Below are positions 29,541 to 39,214 of a DNA stretch of 64,000 nt, piece after piece. Within the stretch, counting starts at the first letter, position 1; every line of letters begins with the position of its first letter. The notes under the pieces were generated by a model. It was given only the letters and a program-made list of their open reading frames with translations, had not been told where the DNA came from and did no database searches. This DNA is from an uncultured Methylomirabilota bacterium (lineage in GTDB: Bacteria; Methylomirabilota; Methylomirabilia; Methylomirabilales; 2-02-FULL-66-22), in contig OY970067.1 of the NCBI GenBank assembly GCA_963705305.1, forward strand, positions 1,600,001 through 1,664,000, read 5' to 3'. The translations under genes and the position numbers were made by a program.

Positions 29541-29785
29541 CACCGAACCGCCTTCAGTTTACCCAGTTCTCGAGCCTCCCGTTCCTCGATGTACTCGCGG
29601 AGCGGTCTCGATGGCTTCCCTCGTTCCTCCTCCAGGACGAGGCGGTCGGAAATATCCTCCATGAGCCGGCGGAATTTCCGATCCCTGGCGATCCGTCCAA
29701 GGATATCCTCTTGCTCTCGCCGGGACAGCGCCTTGAAGGCGGTCACGAAGACCTCGGCGGTCGCTTCTTGGACCGTCATAATCAT
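29540..29785 (-). CDS. Putative antitoxin for the RelE-like gene
   Basis: 81 aa, acidic and helical, translationally coupled to the RelE remnant. Confidence 0.7.
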   Translation of the reverse strand: MIMTVQEATAEVFVTAFKALSRREQEDILGRIARDRKFRRLMEDISDRLVLEEERGKPSRPLREYIEEREARELGKLKAVR

Positions 29786-30057
29786 CCCCTCCTCTCAGGG
29801 TCCACCTCGCCGCTCTCCCCAACCCTTGCAGAACTCTCCTCGCCCGCGGAATCATAACCCGGGATCCCCCGGACGGTACCTTTGACCTGAAATGTCGCAC
29901 AGCCCATGATCAAGCGTCAAGTGATAACCCCGTGATGAGGCACGTAATTGACCACGTGGAAGAGAAGGTTGTGGTAGATCCGAAGTTCGAAATGGAAGCA
30001 GGCCTGTCAGTTAGGGGACCGGTGCTCGATCGAGGCCTGCGGACTCACTTGGCTCTG

Positions 30058-30105
30058 TGGTGGGCGAAGGTGGTTTCGAACCACCGACCCCCTGCTTGCA
30101 AGGCA
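30058..30105 (-). repeat. tRNA-Val-like 3' half (att site), with TGC at the anticodon position
   Basis: TGCCTTGCAAGCAGGGGGTCGGTGGTTCGAAACCACCTTCGCCCACCA; 41 nt identical to 34533-34573; no 5' half. Confidence 0.85.
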
Positions 30106-30130
30106 TGACAGGCTGAATCAGTAGAGCACA

Positions 30131-30163
30131 AAGCCCCCGTAAACGTAAGGTTTACGGGGGCTT
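30131..30163. terminator. 14-bp stem hairpin downstream of the TRAP operon
   Basis: AAGCCCCCGTAAAC-gtaag-GTTTACGGGGGCTT. Confidence 0.65.
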
Positions 30164-30306
30164 CGCTTCCGGTCTTTCTCGGTCAACTGGCTGGAGTCGG
30201 CCGGATGTGGCCATTCCTTCCGTCCCGCGGGCGCACCCCCACCCTCCCGTCCGGTTCCTGCCGGCCGGCGCCCGGGATCCGCCGAACCGGCTCCCGGCCT
30301 CGTCGG

Positions 30307-31302
30307 CTACTTCTCCAGGGCCTTGATCTGTCCGTACAGGCCGACCCAGGGAAGCTTGGATTCCGGGACCAGCGCCGCGGCCCGCGCCCGGAAGGCCGCA
30401 ATGTCGGGGTCCTTGACCAGCGTGACCCCGTTTGTGTGCTCGAACAGCGCCAGCATCTTCTCGTCGTTCTCTCGGGTCAGCTTGACGTCATACTCGCCGG
30501 CGGCGGCGACGGCACTCCCAATCAGCTTCTGCTGGTCCGGCGTGAGGCCGTCCCAGAACTTCTCGTTCATGAGGGTGACCTGGGACTGCAGGATATGATT
30601 CGTCAAGATGATATGGCTTTGCACCTCGTAGATCTTCGTTGCGTATATGAACGACAGCGGGTTCTCTTGGGCGTCGACCACCCGCTGCTTGAGCGCGAGA
30701 TACAGTTGCTGCGGATCGAGCGGTACGGGATTCCCTCCCAGCACCCGCCCGGCCAGGAGATTCGTCGGTGACGGGGGCGTGCGGATCTTCAGCCCGGCGG
30801 CGTCCTCAGGCCTCCGGATGAGCTTGTTGGCGGTGAGCTCGCGGGTCCCGTAGTACCAGTGCGTGCCCAGGAGCTTGATCCCCGCCTTGGCCAGATCGGC
30901 CCGGATGGGATCGAAGAGCGGGCCGGTCGTCACCCGCACGAGGGTCGCATAGTCGGTCCAGACGAAGGGCGCATCCATGACGCCGACCAGGGGGACGACG
31001 TTCCCCAGCGTGCTGGCGGAGTCCACGGACATTTGGATCGTCCCCTGCCGCACCTGCTGAATGACCTCGTTCTCTCCGCCCAGCTGGTTGTAGGGGTACA
31101 CCTGTACGGTGATCTGACCGTGCGATCCCTGCTCGACCAGCTCCTTGAACCGCAAGGCTGCCATTGCGATCGGCTGGCCCTCCGGAATGGTGTGCGACAG
31201 CTTAATCACGATCGGGCCCTGTGCCGTGACGGGGGGCGCGCCTGCGGCGACGAGCACGCAGGCCGCCGCGCATCCCAGCAGACAACTGATGAACCGCCTC
31301 AT
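30307..31302 (-). CDS. dctP: TRAP transporter substrate-binding protein
   Basis: Signal peptide; VYPYNQLGGE, YGTREL, GLKIRTP, VDAQENP. Confidence 0.92.
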   Translation of the reverse strand: MRRFISCLLGCAAACVLVAAGAPPVTAQGPIVIKLSHTIPEGQPIAMAALRFKELVEQGSHGQITVQVYPYNQLGGENEVIQQVRQGTIQMSVDSASTLGNVVPLVGVMDAPFVWTDYATLVRVTTGPLFDPIRADLAKAGIKLLGTHWYYGTRELTANKLIRRPEDAAGLKIRTPPSPTNLLAGRVLGGNPVPLDPQQLYLALKQRVVDAQENPLSFIYATKIYEVQSHIILTNHILQSQVTLMNEKFWDGLTPDQQKLIGSAVAAAGEYDVKLTRENDEKMLALFEHTNGVTLVKDPDIAAFRARAAALVPESKLPWVGLYGQIKALEK

Positions 31303-31341
31303 GGATCCCTCTCCTTTTCGTGGGGCCTTTGCCTCGGCCGT

Positions 31342-33261
31342 TCAGAACACGTGCAACAGCTGCGGCACGATCATGGTGATCTGCGGAATCAGGATGAGCA
31401 GGATCAAGTCCACGATGATGGCAATCCAGAAGGGCACGATGGCCCGGGTGACCTCCTCCAGCTTTGCGCCTGTGATGGCCCCGGTGATATACAGCAGAAA
31501 CCCGACCGGCGGCGTCACGATCCCCAGGGACGAATTGGCGAGGAAGAGGATGCCCAGATGGATGGGGTCCACCCCCGCCTGAGCGAAGATCGGCAGGACG
31601 AGCGGAACGATCAGCATGAGCGTCGATGCCGTTTCCAGGACCTCGTGGATCAGCACCAGGATGACCATCAACAGTCCGATGAGGATCAGCGGATCGTGGG
31701 AGAGCCCCAGGATGCTCCGGGCCAGAGCCTGCGGGATCTGCTGCAGTGTCAGGAGCCAGCTGAGCAGCAGCGCGCCGGAGAGGATGAACATCACCCGCGT
31801 TGTCGATATGACCGCGTCCCCCAGACTCTTCCACACCCCAGCGACACCCAGGGAGCGGTACGGCCCCACCACGATCATGAGCGTATACAGGACGGCGATC
31901 ACCCCAGCCTCGGAGGGGGTCACCGCCCCGCTCAGGATCCCTCCGAGGATGCTCAGCGGAGCCAGGAGGCCCCAGAGGGCGCCACGGAAGGCGTCCCAGA
32001 TCTCGCCTACGCTCTGCGCGCGCTCGCGGGGCAACCGGCGGCGGACCGCGATAATGTACGCCACCACCCAGAAGGAGACCATCATAAGGAAGGCCGGCAG
32101 CAGGCTGGCGGCGAACATGGCGCCGACCGACACGTTCGCCAGCCACGAGTAGACGATCGTGGCGATGCTGGGCGGGATGAGCATTCCCATCGAGCCGGAC
32201 GCGGCTTGCAGCGCGGACGCGAAGGCCTTGTCGTACCCCCGCTTGACCATCTCCGGAAGCATGATGGATCCGATGGCCGCCGTGTCGGCCACCGGAGAGC
32301 CGGAGATGTCCGAGAAGATCCCGCTACTCACGATGTCCACAAACGCGAGCCCTCCCCGGAAGCGTCCGACCAGGGTGGTGCAGAAGTCCACCAATCGCCG
32401 AGCCACCCCACCGAACTGCATGAGCGATCCGGTGAGCATGAAGAACGGAATCGCCATGAGAATGGGATTGGTCACCCCGGAGAAGAGGCGCTGGGGGAGG
32501 ATCAGCAGCGGCTGCGAGGTCGCCATCAAAGTCAGGAGCGACGAGAGAATCAGGACGATGGCAATGGGCAGTCCTCCGAGGAAACCGGCGACCAAGGAGA
32601 CGATGAGCAGGTAATTGATTCCGGCCGACGGCAGGAACGGTATCCCGGCGAGAATCACGGCAACGATCAGCGCCGGCGCCACGAGGCTACGGAGCGACGC
32701 GGACAGGCCGCGCAGGCGCACCGCCACCTGGGCGAGGAAATGCAGGACAAAGCCAGCGCCCGCAATGGGCATCACCAGCAGCGGGTACGTCATGGGAATC
32801 TGCAGGGCGGGGGAGAGCTGCTCAAACATGGCCCGGCAGGCGATGATGCCTTGCCACACGAGGACCAGGCCGATGGCGAGCGAAAAGAGATCGGAGAGGT
32901 GGTGCAGCCGCGTAGCCAGGGGCGGCGGGAGCCTGTCAGCGAGGACGCCAACCGCCGGCACCTGTCCGCGGCACACCGTCACCGTTGCCCCCAGGTACAC
33001 TATCCAGGCGAAGAGGAAGCCCGCGACCTCCTCCGGCCACGGCAAGGGGTCGTTCAAGAGATAGCGGAACACAACCTGGAGGCTGACGGCTCCGATCATG
33101 GCCGCCATCAGGATCGACGAGGCCGCCGATGCGCCCGCATCATACCAGGCGCTCGCCCGCTCGACTGCACGGGTCAGGCGTCCCGCAGGGGCGTCCCCCT
33201 CCGCCCCGGGCGACGCCAGAGGGAGGGCCGGCGGATTCACACCGCGCCAACTGCCTGACAT
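31342..33261 (-). CDS. TRAP transporter fused small+large permease (DctQM)
   Basis: QVVFRYLLNDPLPWPEEVA (DctQ), then AIPFFMLTG, LIPPSI, TPSEA, TPPVG (DctM). Confidence 0.9.
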   Translation of the reverse strand: MSGSWRGVNPPALPLASPGAEGDAPAGRLTRAVERASAWYDAGASAASSILMAAMIGAVSLQVVFRYLLNDPLPWPEEVAGFLFAWIVYLGATVTVCRGQVPAVGVLADRLPPPLATRLHHLSDLFSLAIGLVLVWQGIIACRAMFEQLSPALQIPMTYPLLVMPIAGAGFVLHFLAQVAVRLRGLSASLRSLVAPALIVAVILAGIPFLPSAGINYLLIVSLVAGFLGGLPIAIVLILSSLLTLMATSQPLLILPQRLFSGVTNPILMAIPFFMLTGSLMQFGGVARRLVDFCTTLVGRFRGGLAFVDIVSSGIFSDISGSPVADTAAIGSIMLPEMVKRGYDKAFASALQAASGSMGMLIPPSIATIVYSWLANVSVGAMFAASLLPAFLMMVSFWVVAYIIAVRRRLPRERAQSVGEIWDAFRGALWGLLAPLSILGGILSGAVTPSEAGVIAVLYTLMIVVGPYRSLGVAGVWKSLGDAVISTTRVMFILSGALLLSWLLTLQQIPQALARSILGLSHDPLILIGLLMVILVLIHEVLETASTLMLIVPLVLPIFAQAGVDPIHLGILFLANSSLGIVTPPVGFLLYITGAITGAKLEEVTRAIVPFWIAIIVDLILLILIPQITMIVPQLLHVF

Positions 33262-33361
33262 CCCCCTGTCTCCCTCGCGCGTGCCGGCCCCGGCCCCAGC
33301 TGCACCAGCCGTTGTATCCGGCCCGCCGCGAAGACGGCGACGGCCCGGACCGGTGCGTCCC

Positions 33362-34111
33362 CTACCGCTCGCCCGGGTGTCCGTGGGGCGCGGCCGTGAA
33401 GTCCACCAACATCTGATACCGATCGCCCCGGAAGATGGACTTCCCGCACTGCATCGGCCCTTCGGGCTCAAAGTACCATATGTGCTCGCGGATCAGGACC
33501 GGCGCGCCGACCTTGGTCTCCAACACTCTGGCTTCCTTCCGCCGCGCCGCAGCGGCCGTCACCGTGAGACTCAGCCGAGTCGGCGACTTGCCCAGGATGC
33601 GCCGGAGGGCCGGGACCAGCGGCTGGTTGTGGAGCTCGTCGGACGTCAGTGCCTCGCCGACCGGCCTGGGCACGTACCGGATCTCGTACCCGACTACCCG
33701 CCCGTTCACGAAGCGCAGCCGCTCCAGGGCCACCACCACCGTCCCCTCGGCCAGGCCGAGACCCTCGGCGATCTTGCCCTCTACCGGCTCCAGCCGTCTG
33801 TCCAGCAGTTTGATGGCGGTGCGCGACCCGCGCGCCCGCATCTCTTCCTCGAAGCTCAGGAAGGGTTTGCTGTGCTCCAGGCGCGCCTCTGCCACAAAGC
33901 TCCCCCGGCCGCGGTGCCGCTCGATCAGGCCCTCGAACACGAGGCGGGCCAGGCCCTGGCGGACAGTCGTCCGACTGACGGCGAACTGCTGGCAGAGCTG
34001 GGATTCGGGGGGGACGGGGTCGCCCGGCTTCAGGGCGCCGGTCCGAATGCTCTCGCGGAGATGATGCTCAAGGCGATAGTAGTTCGGGATGAAGTTCTCG
34101 GTCGCGCGCAT
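33362..34111 (-). CDS. GntR/HutC-family regulator (UTRA domain)
   Basis: PPESQLCQQFAVSRTTVRQ, GRGSFV, C-terminal FRGDRY. Confidence 0.92.
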   Translation of the reverse strand: MRATENFIPNYYRLEHHLRESIRTGALKPGDPVPPESQLCQQFAVSRTTVRQGLARLVFEGLIERHRGRGSFVAEARLEHSKPFLSFEEEMRARGSRTAIKLLDRRLEPVEGKIAEGLGLAEGTVVVALERLRFVNGRVVGYEIRYVPRPVGEALTSDELHNQPLVPALRRILGKSPTRLSLTVTAAAARRKEARVLETKVGAPVLIREHIWYFEPEGPMQCGKSIFRGDRYQMLVDFTAAPHGHPGER

Positions 34112-34142
34112 GATCGCTCCTCCCCTTTGGGCAAGGGAAAAC

Positions 34143-34172
34143 ATAATATTTGTCATGACATTGTAACGTCAA
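34143..34172 (-). promoter_or_regulatory. Sigma70-like promoter with a TGTCATGACA operator between -35 and -10
   Basis: TTGACG-N18-TATTAT on the minus strand; perfect palindrome at 34151-34160. Confidence 0.6.
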
Positions 34173-34204
34173 GATCAATTTTCGGTACGCCACCTCCTCC
34201 GCAT

Positions 34205-34386
34205 GGGTCGACGCAGCCGTGACCGCGATGGGGGTCCGGGTCCTCCGGACCCCGGCGCAGGCGTCCGTGGCAAACGCGTAGTGCGAGCGGCTCGTGGCGC
34301 GATCGATTCTCGGTGGGCTCCGTCACGAATACAGCCTGGAAAGCCGTGCAGCGCGACCGGACGAACGAATGAATTTGCGGAGAACA
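34205..34386 (+). pseudogene. Internally deleted 3' remnant of the rve transposase family seen at 52131
   Basis: TAMGVRVLRTP..ANA*CERL joined to VARSILGGLRHEY; ends ATTTGCGGAGAACA. Confidence 0.75.
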
Positions 34387-34491
34387 ACGACGTCGTGGGA
34401 AGGAACAGGCCGGCTCACCTGGGGTGGTTGAGATCCAAGAATCGTGATGCGTCCTCTCTACCCTCACAGGCGCGTTTTCGGGCACGTTTTC

Positions 34492-34526
34492 GGAAAAAAA
34501 CAGGGGGCCCTTTCGGAACCCCCTGA
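34492..34526 (-). terminator. Rho-independent terminator just after the tRNA-Val fragment
   Basis: CAGGGGG..CCCCCTG stem followed by a T-run on the minus strand. Confidence 0.75.
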
Positions 34527-34532
34527 TTTCAT

Positions 34533-34575
34533 TGGTGGGCGAAGGTGGTTTCGAACCACCGACCCCCTGCTTGTA
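34533..34575 (-). repeat. tRNA-Val(TAC) 3' half (att site)
   Basis: TACAAGCAGGGGGTCGGTGGTTCGAAACCACCTTCGCCCACCA; arm-site-like TGCTTACTG x2 at 34695 and 34706. Confidence 0.85.
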
Positions 34576-34718
34576 GCCAGGATCACGACTTTCTGTCCCT
34601 TCCAGCATAGTCCAGAATGACTTGTGTTATCAGTAACTTACGCGAATTCTCTTTTAGTCTGTCCAAGCCCATTTTGGCCTGTTTTTGATGCTCCTGCTTA
34701 CTGGATGCTTACTGAGTT

Positions 34719-35122
34719 TCACATGCTCCCGGCATTCTTGGATTCGGCTGATCGACCGAGTCGGGCCTGGCCTCCGTCCCTGCCTTCTTCCACCAAACGA
34801 TGAAGCAACTTCGCCACGACCGATTTTTTGCGGACGACACGCCGGGGTGTCCCCTGCCGCTCGCGGTAGAGGGCCAACTGCTTCCGGAGGAAGAGATTCT
34901 CGGCGGCCAAAGCAACCCGCGAGCGGAGGCTGGCCCCCACGAATTGCACGAGATCGGCCGCGAGTCTCACCAGAACCCGGGCACAGTGAACCCCCGGCTG
35001 TAGACTTTGCATGAATCTGGGCTCCTCTCTTTCGGACTGGAACGGGGGCCGCAGGTTAGGGCGCGAGTGTGGGGAGTTTACCAGGACGGGATGCGGTGCG
35101 GACAGAATATTTGCGGACTACA
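34719..35122 (-). pseudogene. 5' remnant of the same rve transposase family
   Basis: LRSRVALAAENLFLRKQLALYRER; terminal TGTAGTCCGCAAA at 35122, second end at 34839. Confidence 0.78.
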
Positions 35123-35131
35123 ACCCCCGAA

Positions 35132-35458
35132 TCACTGGGAAACAGAGGTCTTCAGGGCCTTCCCTTTGATGTCCCACAGCGCCGCCTCGATCGCAGCAGC
35201 GACGCGCAGGACCGGTACGCCCGTCGGCTTGTGGAGCTGGAGGGCACGGTGGGAGAATTGCTCGATCCGGAACGGGTCCATGCCTATGAGCGTGGGCTCC
35301 CAATCCCGAAGAATGCCCAAGACCGTCTGGGGAGAGCCGTCAACCACCGCCTCCCCGAAGCCGCAAATCCCGGCATCGGTCTGCACCTCCACCAGCACGG
35401 TCTCGCGCCGTGCTAAGGACACCATGGACCGGGTCAGGCTGGTCACTCTGACTGGCAC
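35132..35458 (-). pseudogene. Mandelate racemase/enolase-superfamily N-terminal fragment
   Basis: VLVEVQTDAGICGFGEA, AAIEAALWDIKGKAL; stops next to an IS end. Confidence 0.8.
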
Positions 35459-35550
35459 CGCTACATTTCTCCTACACGAGAGCCAAACGGATTCCTCCGG
35501 CCGAATCACGCGCCCTGCTCCGCACCTCTCGTGTCGCTCCGGTCGGCGAC

Positions 35551-35596
35551 CGGCCTGCCCCCGTTGATTGTTCCACCCGCAGTGTTAGTTCAAACC
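35551..35596 (-). repeat. Solo IS3-like end, copy 2
   Basis: Matches 21598 and 40700. Confidence 0.6.
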
Positions 35597-35714
35597 GGGT
35601 CCGTGCCTTTTACCATTGGCCAATTTCCGAGGGGGCAGCTCAGGGGTGCGGCCGAATGTCATCTATTCCATGCTCTGATTAGTAACGCCGATCGCGCCTA
35701 CCCACCGCTGGCGA

Positions 35715-36638
35715 CTACAGGTCGAGCAGCTTGGCGGGATTCACCGCCACCATCTGGCGGACCTCGTCCTCCGTCGCCCCGCACCGTAACATTACTGCGA
35801 TGAAATACTTCATCGCTGCTGGCGGGGAGGGTGCGTATGCTTGACCGGAATCCGTGGTCATGATGCATTTGTGGACTCCGATCTCCCGCATCACCTCAAG
35901 CATCCGTCGGGGATTGACGGGTGTTTCGCAATGGATGAACTGCATCAAGGGAAGGCTGATGCCGAATTCGAACTCGAAATACACCGGGTAGGTGCTCAGC
36001 TTCTTTAAGTCATCGGCTGTGAACCCGATCATCTGCCACATAGTGTGGAGCACGATGATTTTTTTGACACCGCGTGTCAACGCTTCCGGGACCAGTCGAA
36101 CCGTCTCCCGAGCGGAGAGGTGACCTGTCACGAGACAGACATTCGCGTCCGCGATCACCCGGATGACCTCCAGAGTCTCCGGGGTCAATTGACCATCCCG
36201 GAGGATGGTAATCGCCTGCTCCCGCGCGACGGGAAGATTGATCCCGGTGTATTGGATCTTTTCCCGGGCCAGCGCGTGGTGCAAGGAGTCGCCCGTCGGG
36301 AAATACACCAGCTTAGCTCCCGCGCCGTGTTCCACCGCGACGGCCACCGCGCGGGGATTGATGCCCCCGCAAACGAGGTTCAGCACGATGGAGCCAAAGG
36401 TGTGGAACCCCGGCACGCATTTGTTGGCGAAATAGGCGGTGGCGGTGGTCGGAAAGCTCGTATCCTTGAGGACCATCCCCTTCATTCCCATGTTGCGGGC
36501 CGCCTGCGCAATCTCCACCGCGTCGCCCATATGGTGGTGGGAGGCGACGTGGGGATTGGCGTGCACATGCATGTCGATGGCACCTCGCAGGAGCTCTCCC
36601 GCGAGTACATCGAGGTTCCTCTGCGCGGTCCGAGTCAT
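35715..36638 (-). CDS. Amidohydrolase-like TIM-barrel metalloprotein (DUF6282-like)
   Basis: GAIDMHVH, GGINPRAV, TGHLS, TTDSGQ, NPAKLL. Confidence 0.8.
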   Translation of the reverse strand: MTRTAQRNLDVLAGELLRGAIDMHVHANPHVASHHHMGDAVEIAQAARNMGMKGMVLKDTSFPTTATAYFANKCVPGFHTFGSIVLNLVCGGINPRAVAVAVEHGAGAKLVYFPTGDSLHHALAREKIQYTGINLPVAREQAITILRDGQLTPETLEVIRVIADANVCLVTGHLSARETVRLVPEALTRGVKKIIVLHTMWQMIGFTADDLKKLSTYPVYFEFEFGISLPLMQFIHCETPVNPRRMLEVMREIGVHKCIMTTDSGQAYAPSPPAAMKYFIAVMLRCGATEDEVRQMVAVNPAKLLDL

Positions 36639-36915
36639 GCGGTCCTCCTAATGTGTTCCGCGGGTCCGGCATGCGACCCCCTGCCTTCCCGTAGGTCAGC
36701 GGTCCCCGTAGGTTCCGATCTGAGGTGGCCAGGATCTTGTGTCCCCCCGGCACCACCCGGGCCGGCTCAGCGCCTGATTTGCATTGATGCGCTCCCCTTC
36801 TCTTGGCCGGCCAGACGCGTCGGGAAAGGATTGATCTCCGACCCGGCTATGTCGTCGGGTGCCGAGCGCAGAAGGTGAAGCGCTTGACCTTGTGGTGGTC
36901 CGTCTGGCCCCTGGC

Positions 36916-37677
36916 TCATACGGTGAGGCGGCCTCCGTCCACGACCATTACGTCGCCAGTTATAAAGTCGCCACGAATCGCGAGGAACAGGGCCGCGTCG
37001 GCGAGGTCCTGCGGTGTCCCCGTTCGCTTCAGGGGTGTCTCCTGGGCAATCCGGGCGATTCGTGCGTCCAGATTCGGCTGGCCCTCGTTCCAGCGGGTAT
37101 CCACCGTGAAGCCTGGGGCGATGACGTTCACCGAAATCTCGGGTCCGAGCGTCTTGGCCAAACACTTGCTTAGGTGGATCACTGCGGCCTTGGTGCAGCA
37201 GTAGGCCAGGGAACTCCCCTGGGGCTTGAGGCCCGCAACCGAGGCCAGGTTGATGATCCGGCCACGCCCCTGTTTTTTCATGGGAGGGACCACCGCACGA
37301 CAGCAGAAGAAGGTGCCCTTGACGTTCACGGCGAACAACCGGTCCCAGGCGTCTTCGGTCATCCCCTCCAGGTCATGGAACCCCACGAAGTTGGTGATCC
37401 CGGCATTGTTCACCAGAATATCGATCCGTCCGAAGCGCCTTAGAACCTCGGCCACCATGGCCCGGACCTCGGTGTCCCGGGACACGTCCGCCTGAATCAC
37501 CAGCGGCTCCCCTCCTACCTTTTTAACCAGAGACGCGGTACTTTCGGCCTCTTTCTGCGACTTCGAATAGTTCACGACGACCTTGGCCCCTTCCCGGCCG
37601 TACGCCTCGGCGATGGCGCGGCCTATGCCAATCGCTGCCCCCGTCACCAAGGCTACCTTCCCTTCGAGTTGTCCCAT
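36916..37677 (-). CDS. Short-chain dehydrogenase/reductase
   Basis: TGAAIGIG, NNAG, YCCTK. Confidence 0.93.
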   Translation of the reverse strand: MGQLEGKVALVTGAAIGIGRAIAEAYGREGAKVVVNYSKSQKEAESTASLVKKVGGEPLVIQADVSRDTEVRAMVAEVLRRFGRIDILVNNAGITNFVGFHDLEGMTEDAWDRLFAVNVKGTFFCCRAVVPPMKKQGRGRIINLASVAGLKPQGSSLAYCCTKAAVIHLSKCLAKTLGPEISVNVIAPGFTVDTRWNEGQPNLDARIARIAQETPLKRTGTPQDLADAALFLAIRGDFITGDVMVVDGGRLTV

Positions 37678-38120
37678 GATGCCTCCTAGCGAACCTTCGC
37701 CTCAAAAGGACGAGTAAGGGCGACGTCTGTGGGTAAGAGTTCTCCGTTCCCACGAACGCCGGTTGGGCGATACCCCCTCCTTGGCTCCCGCACCAAGGAG
37801 GAAGCCATACACACGTCACGGAACCTATCAGGGGGCACGTAACGTTGACTGGAATCCGTGGACCGGCTTTCCCTCAACGAGTACGTGCCGCGGCTGTCGG
37901 GCAAGGACGGGCCCATGGGGTTCCTCAACCGCGGCCACGGGCCAACCCGCCCCCGGCCGCAAGTTCCGCCAGTCGCGCGTCATGGCCCTCCTTGCGCCCC
38001 CCTGCCTCTTCGGCCTCACCCCCGATGGTCTCGAACTGAAATCCTGTGGCTGAATGAGGTCCCTTGGCGGCCAGGGATTCTCATATCCATGAACACGCTT
38101 GCCGAGGCTGTCTCCTTCAC

Positions 38121-38885
38121 CTAGCCTCGGTAGCTTGTTAGCAATTCATCAAAAGCTTTCCTCCTCAGCGGGACATCAATTCCGGCAAAGATAATCCGTG
38201 CTCCCCAGCTCACGTACCGCTTCGCTTCGCCGGGACTGGAGACACCCATAGTTGTCAGCTTTCCAGCCTTCCGCGCGGCTACGAAGATCTCCTCGATCCG
38301 TGGCGCCAGCACCGTTTTTGCCTCCGACGGACGCAGGCCCTTTGAGATGCCCCAGTCCGTTGGGCCGACCGTAATCATATCCACCCCATCAACGGCCAGG
38401 ATGGCACTCAGATTCTCGTAACCGCGGTCATCTTCAATTAGCGCCATCAGGTGAGTCGCGGCATTCGCTTCGGCGAGAGTTTCGAGCGGATCCGGCCCGA
38501 GCGTGAAATCATTCCCGGCAGCGCAGGATGAAACACCTCGATTGCCCAGGGGCGGATATTTGGCGAGTTCGACAAAACGCTGGGCCTCAGCCGCCGACGC
38601 GACCTGCGGAAGCACGAGGACTTGGAAGCCACCATCCAGGAGACTTTGTATATGGGTTCGCGTGAGTTCAATGACCCGGGCTAACGGCACCATGCCGAGG
38701 TGAGTTATCGTCCGACACAGGCGCAACGCGTCAATAGTGGAAATAGCGCCGTGTTCGAGGTCGATCCACACAACGTCGCAGCCCACCTGTGCCAGGAGTT
38801 CCATGTCGGTGAGCGTAGGATCCCGGCAGATGATGCCGAGGAGAGTGCCCTTTTGCCCGAGAAGTCTTGCTAGAGAATCGACCAT
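38121..38885 (-). CDS. HpcH/HpaI class II aldolase
   Basis: WIDLEHG, KYPPLGNRG, LIE, VGPTD. Confidence 0.88.
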   Translation of the reverse strand: MVDSLARLLGQKGTLLGIICRDPTLTDMELLAQVGCDVVWIDLEHGAISTIDALRLCRTITHLGMVPLARVIELTRTHIQSLLDGGFQVLVLPQVASAAEAQRFVELAKYPPLGNRGVSSCAAGNDFTLGPDPLETLAEANAATHLMALIEDDRGYENLSAILAVDGVDMITVGPTDWGISKGLRPSEAKTVLAPRIEEIFVAARKAGKLTTMGVSSPGEAKRYVSWGARIIFAGIDVPLRRKAFDELLTSYRG

Positions 38886-39214
38886 CCCTCTGCCCTCCAT
38901 TATATTGGGGGTTCAGTTGAACTCCGCAGTTGAGGTCGTGATCGACAGATGTCCCATTCGACGCGCCCGGCGTCACCTTTTGAGGCGGATTTCAACACAC
39001 GTTCATAACGGCTCGGCTGCACGAGTCTCGGCTGTTGTGGGCCTAGTCGTGCTGTGCGCTCGGCTCCCATTCAGGTACCCTCTCCATTATGTTAACCGGG
39101 CGCCGCCATAACATCGTAGACTGATTTTAGAGACCCTCTATCGCGAAAATTGACTTGCAGCTGCTTGCTGCTCACCGAGTCGTAGGGCCCCTCGCCCTCA
39201 TGGCATGGGGACTC

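Noticed and set aside
25800..30000. Classical integron cassette array
   Set aside because: No intI or recognisable attC (RYYYAAC..GTTRRRY) sites, and cassettes lie on both strands.
30058..30130. Intact tRNA-Ala(TGC) or tRNA-Val
   Set aside because: Only the 3' half is present; upstream sequence cannot form a D-arm or acceptor 5' strand. The same applies at 34533 and 18019.
30859..33258. Long plus-strand ORFs (799 aa here; also 53586..56288, 50597..52231 and 16487..17695)
   Set aside because: Antisense shadows of well-supported genes in high-GC DNA; no motifs.
37840..37990. DRLSLNEYVPRL segment resembling an unclassified transposase N-terminus
   Set aside because: Too short and degraded to support a call.
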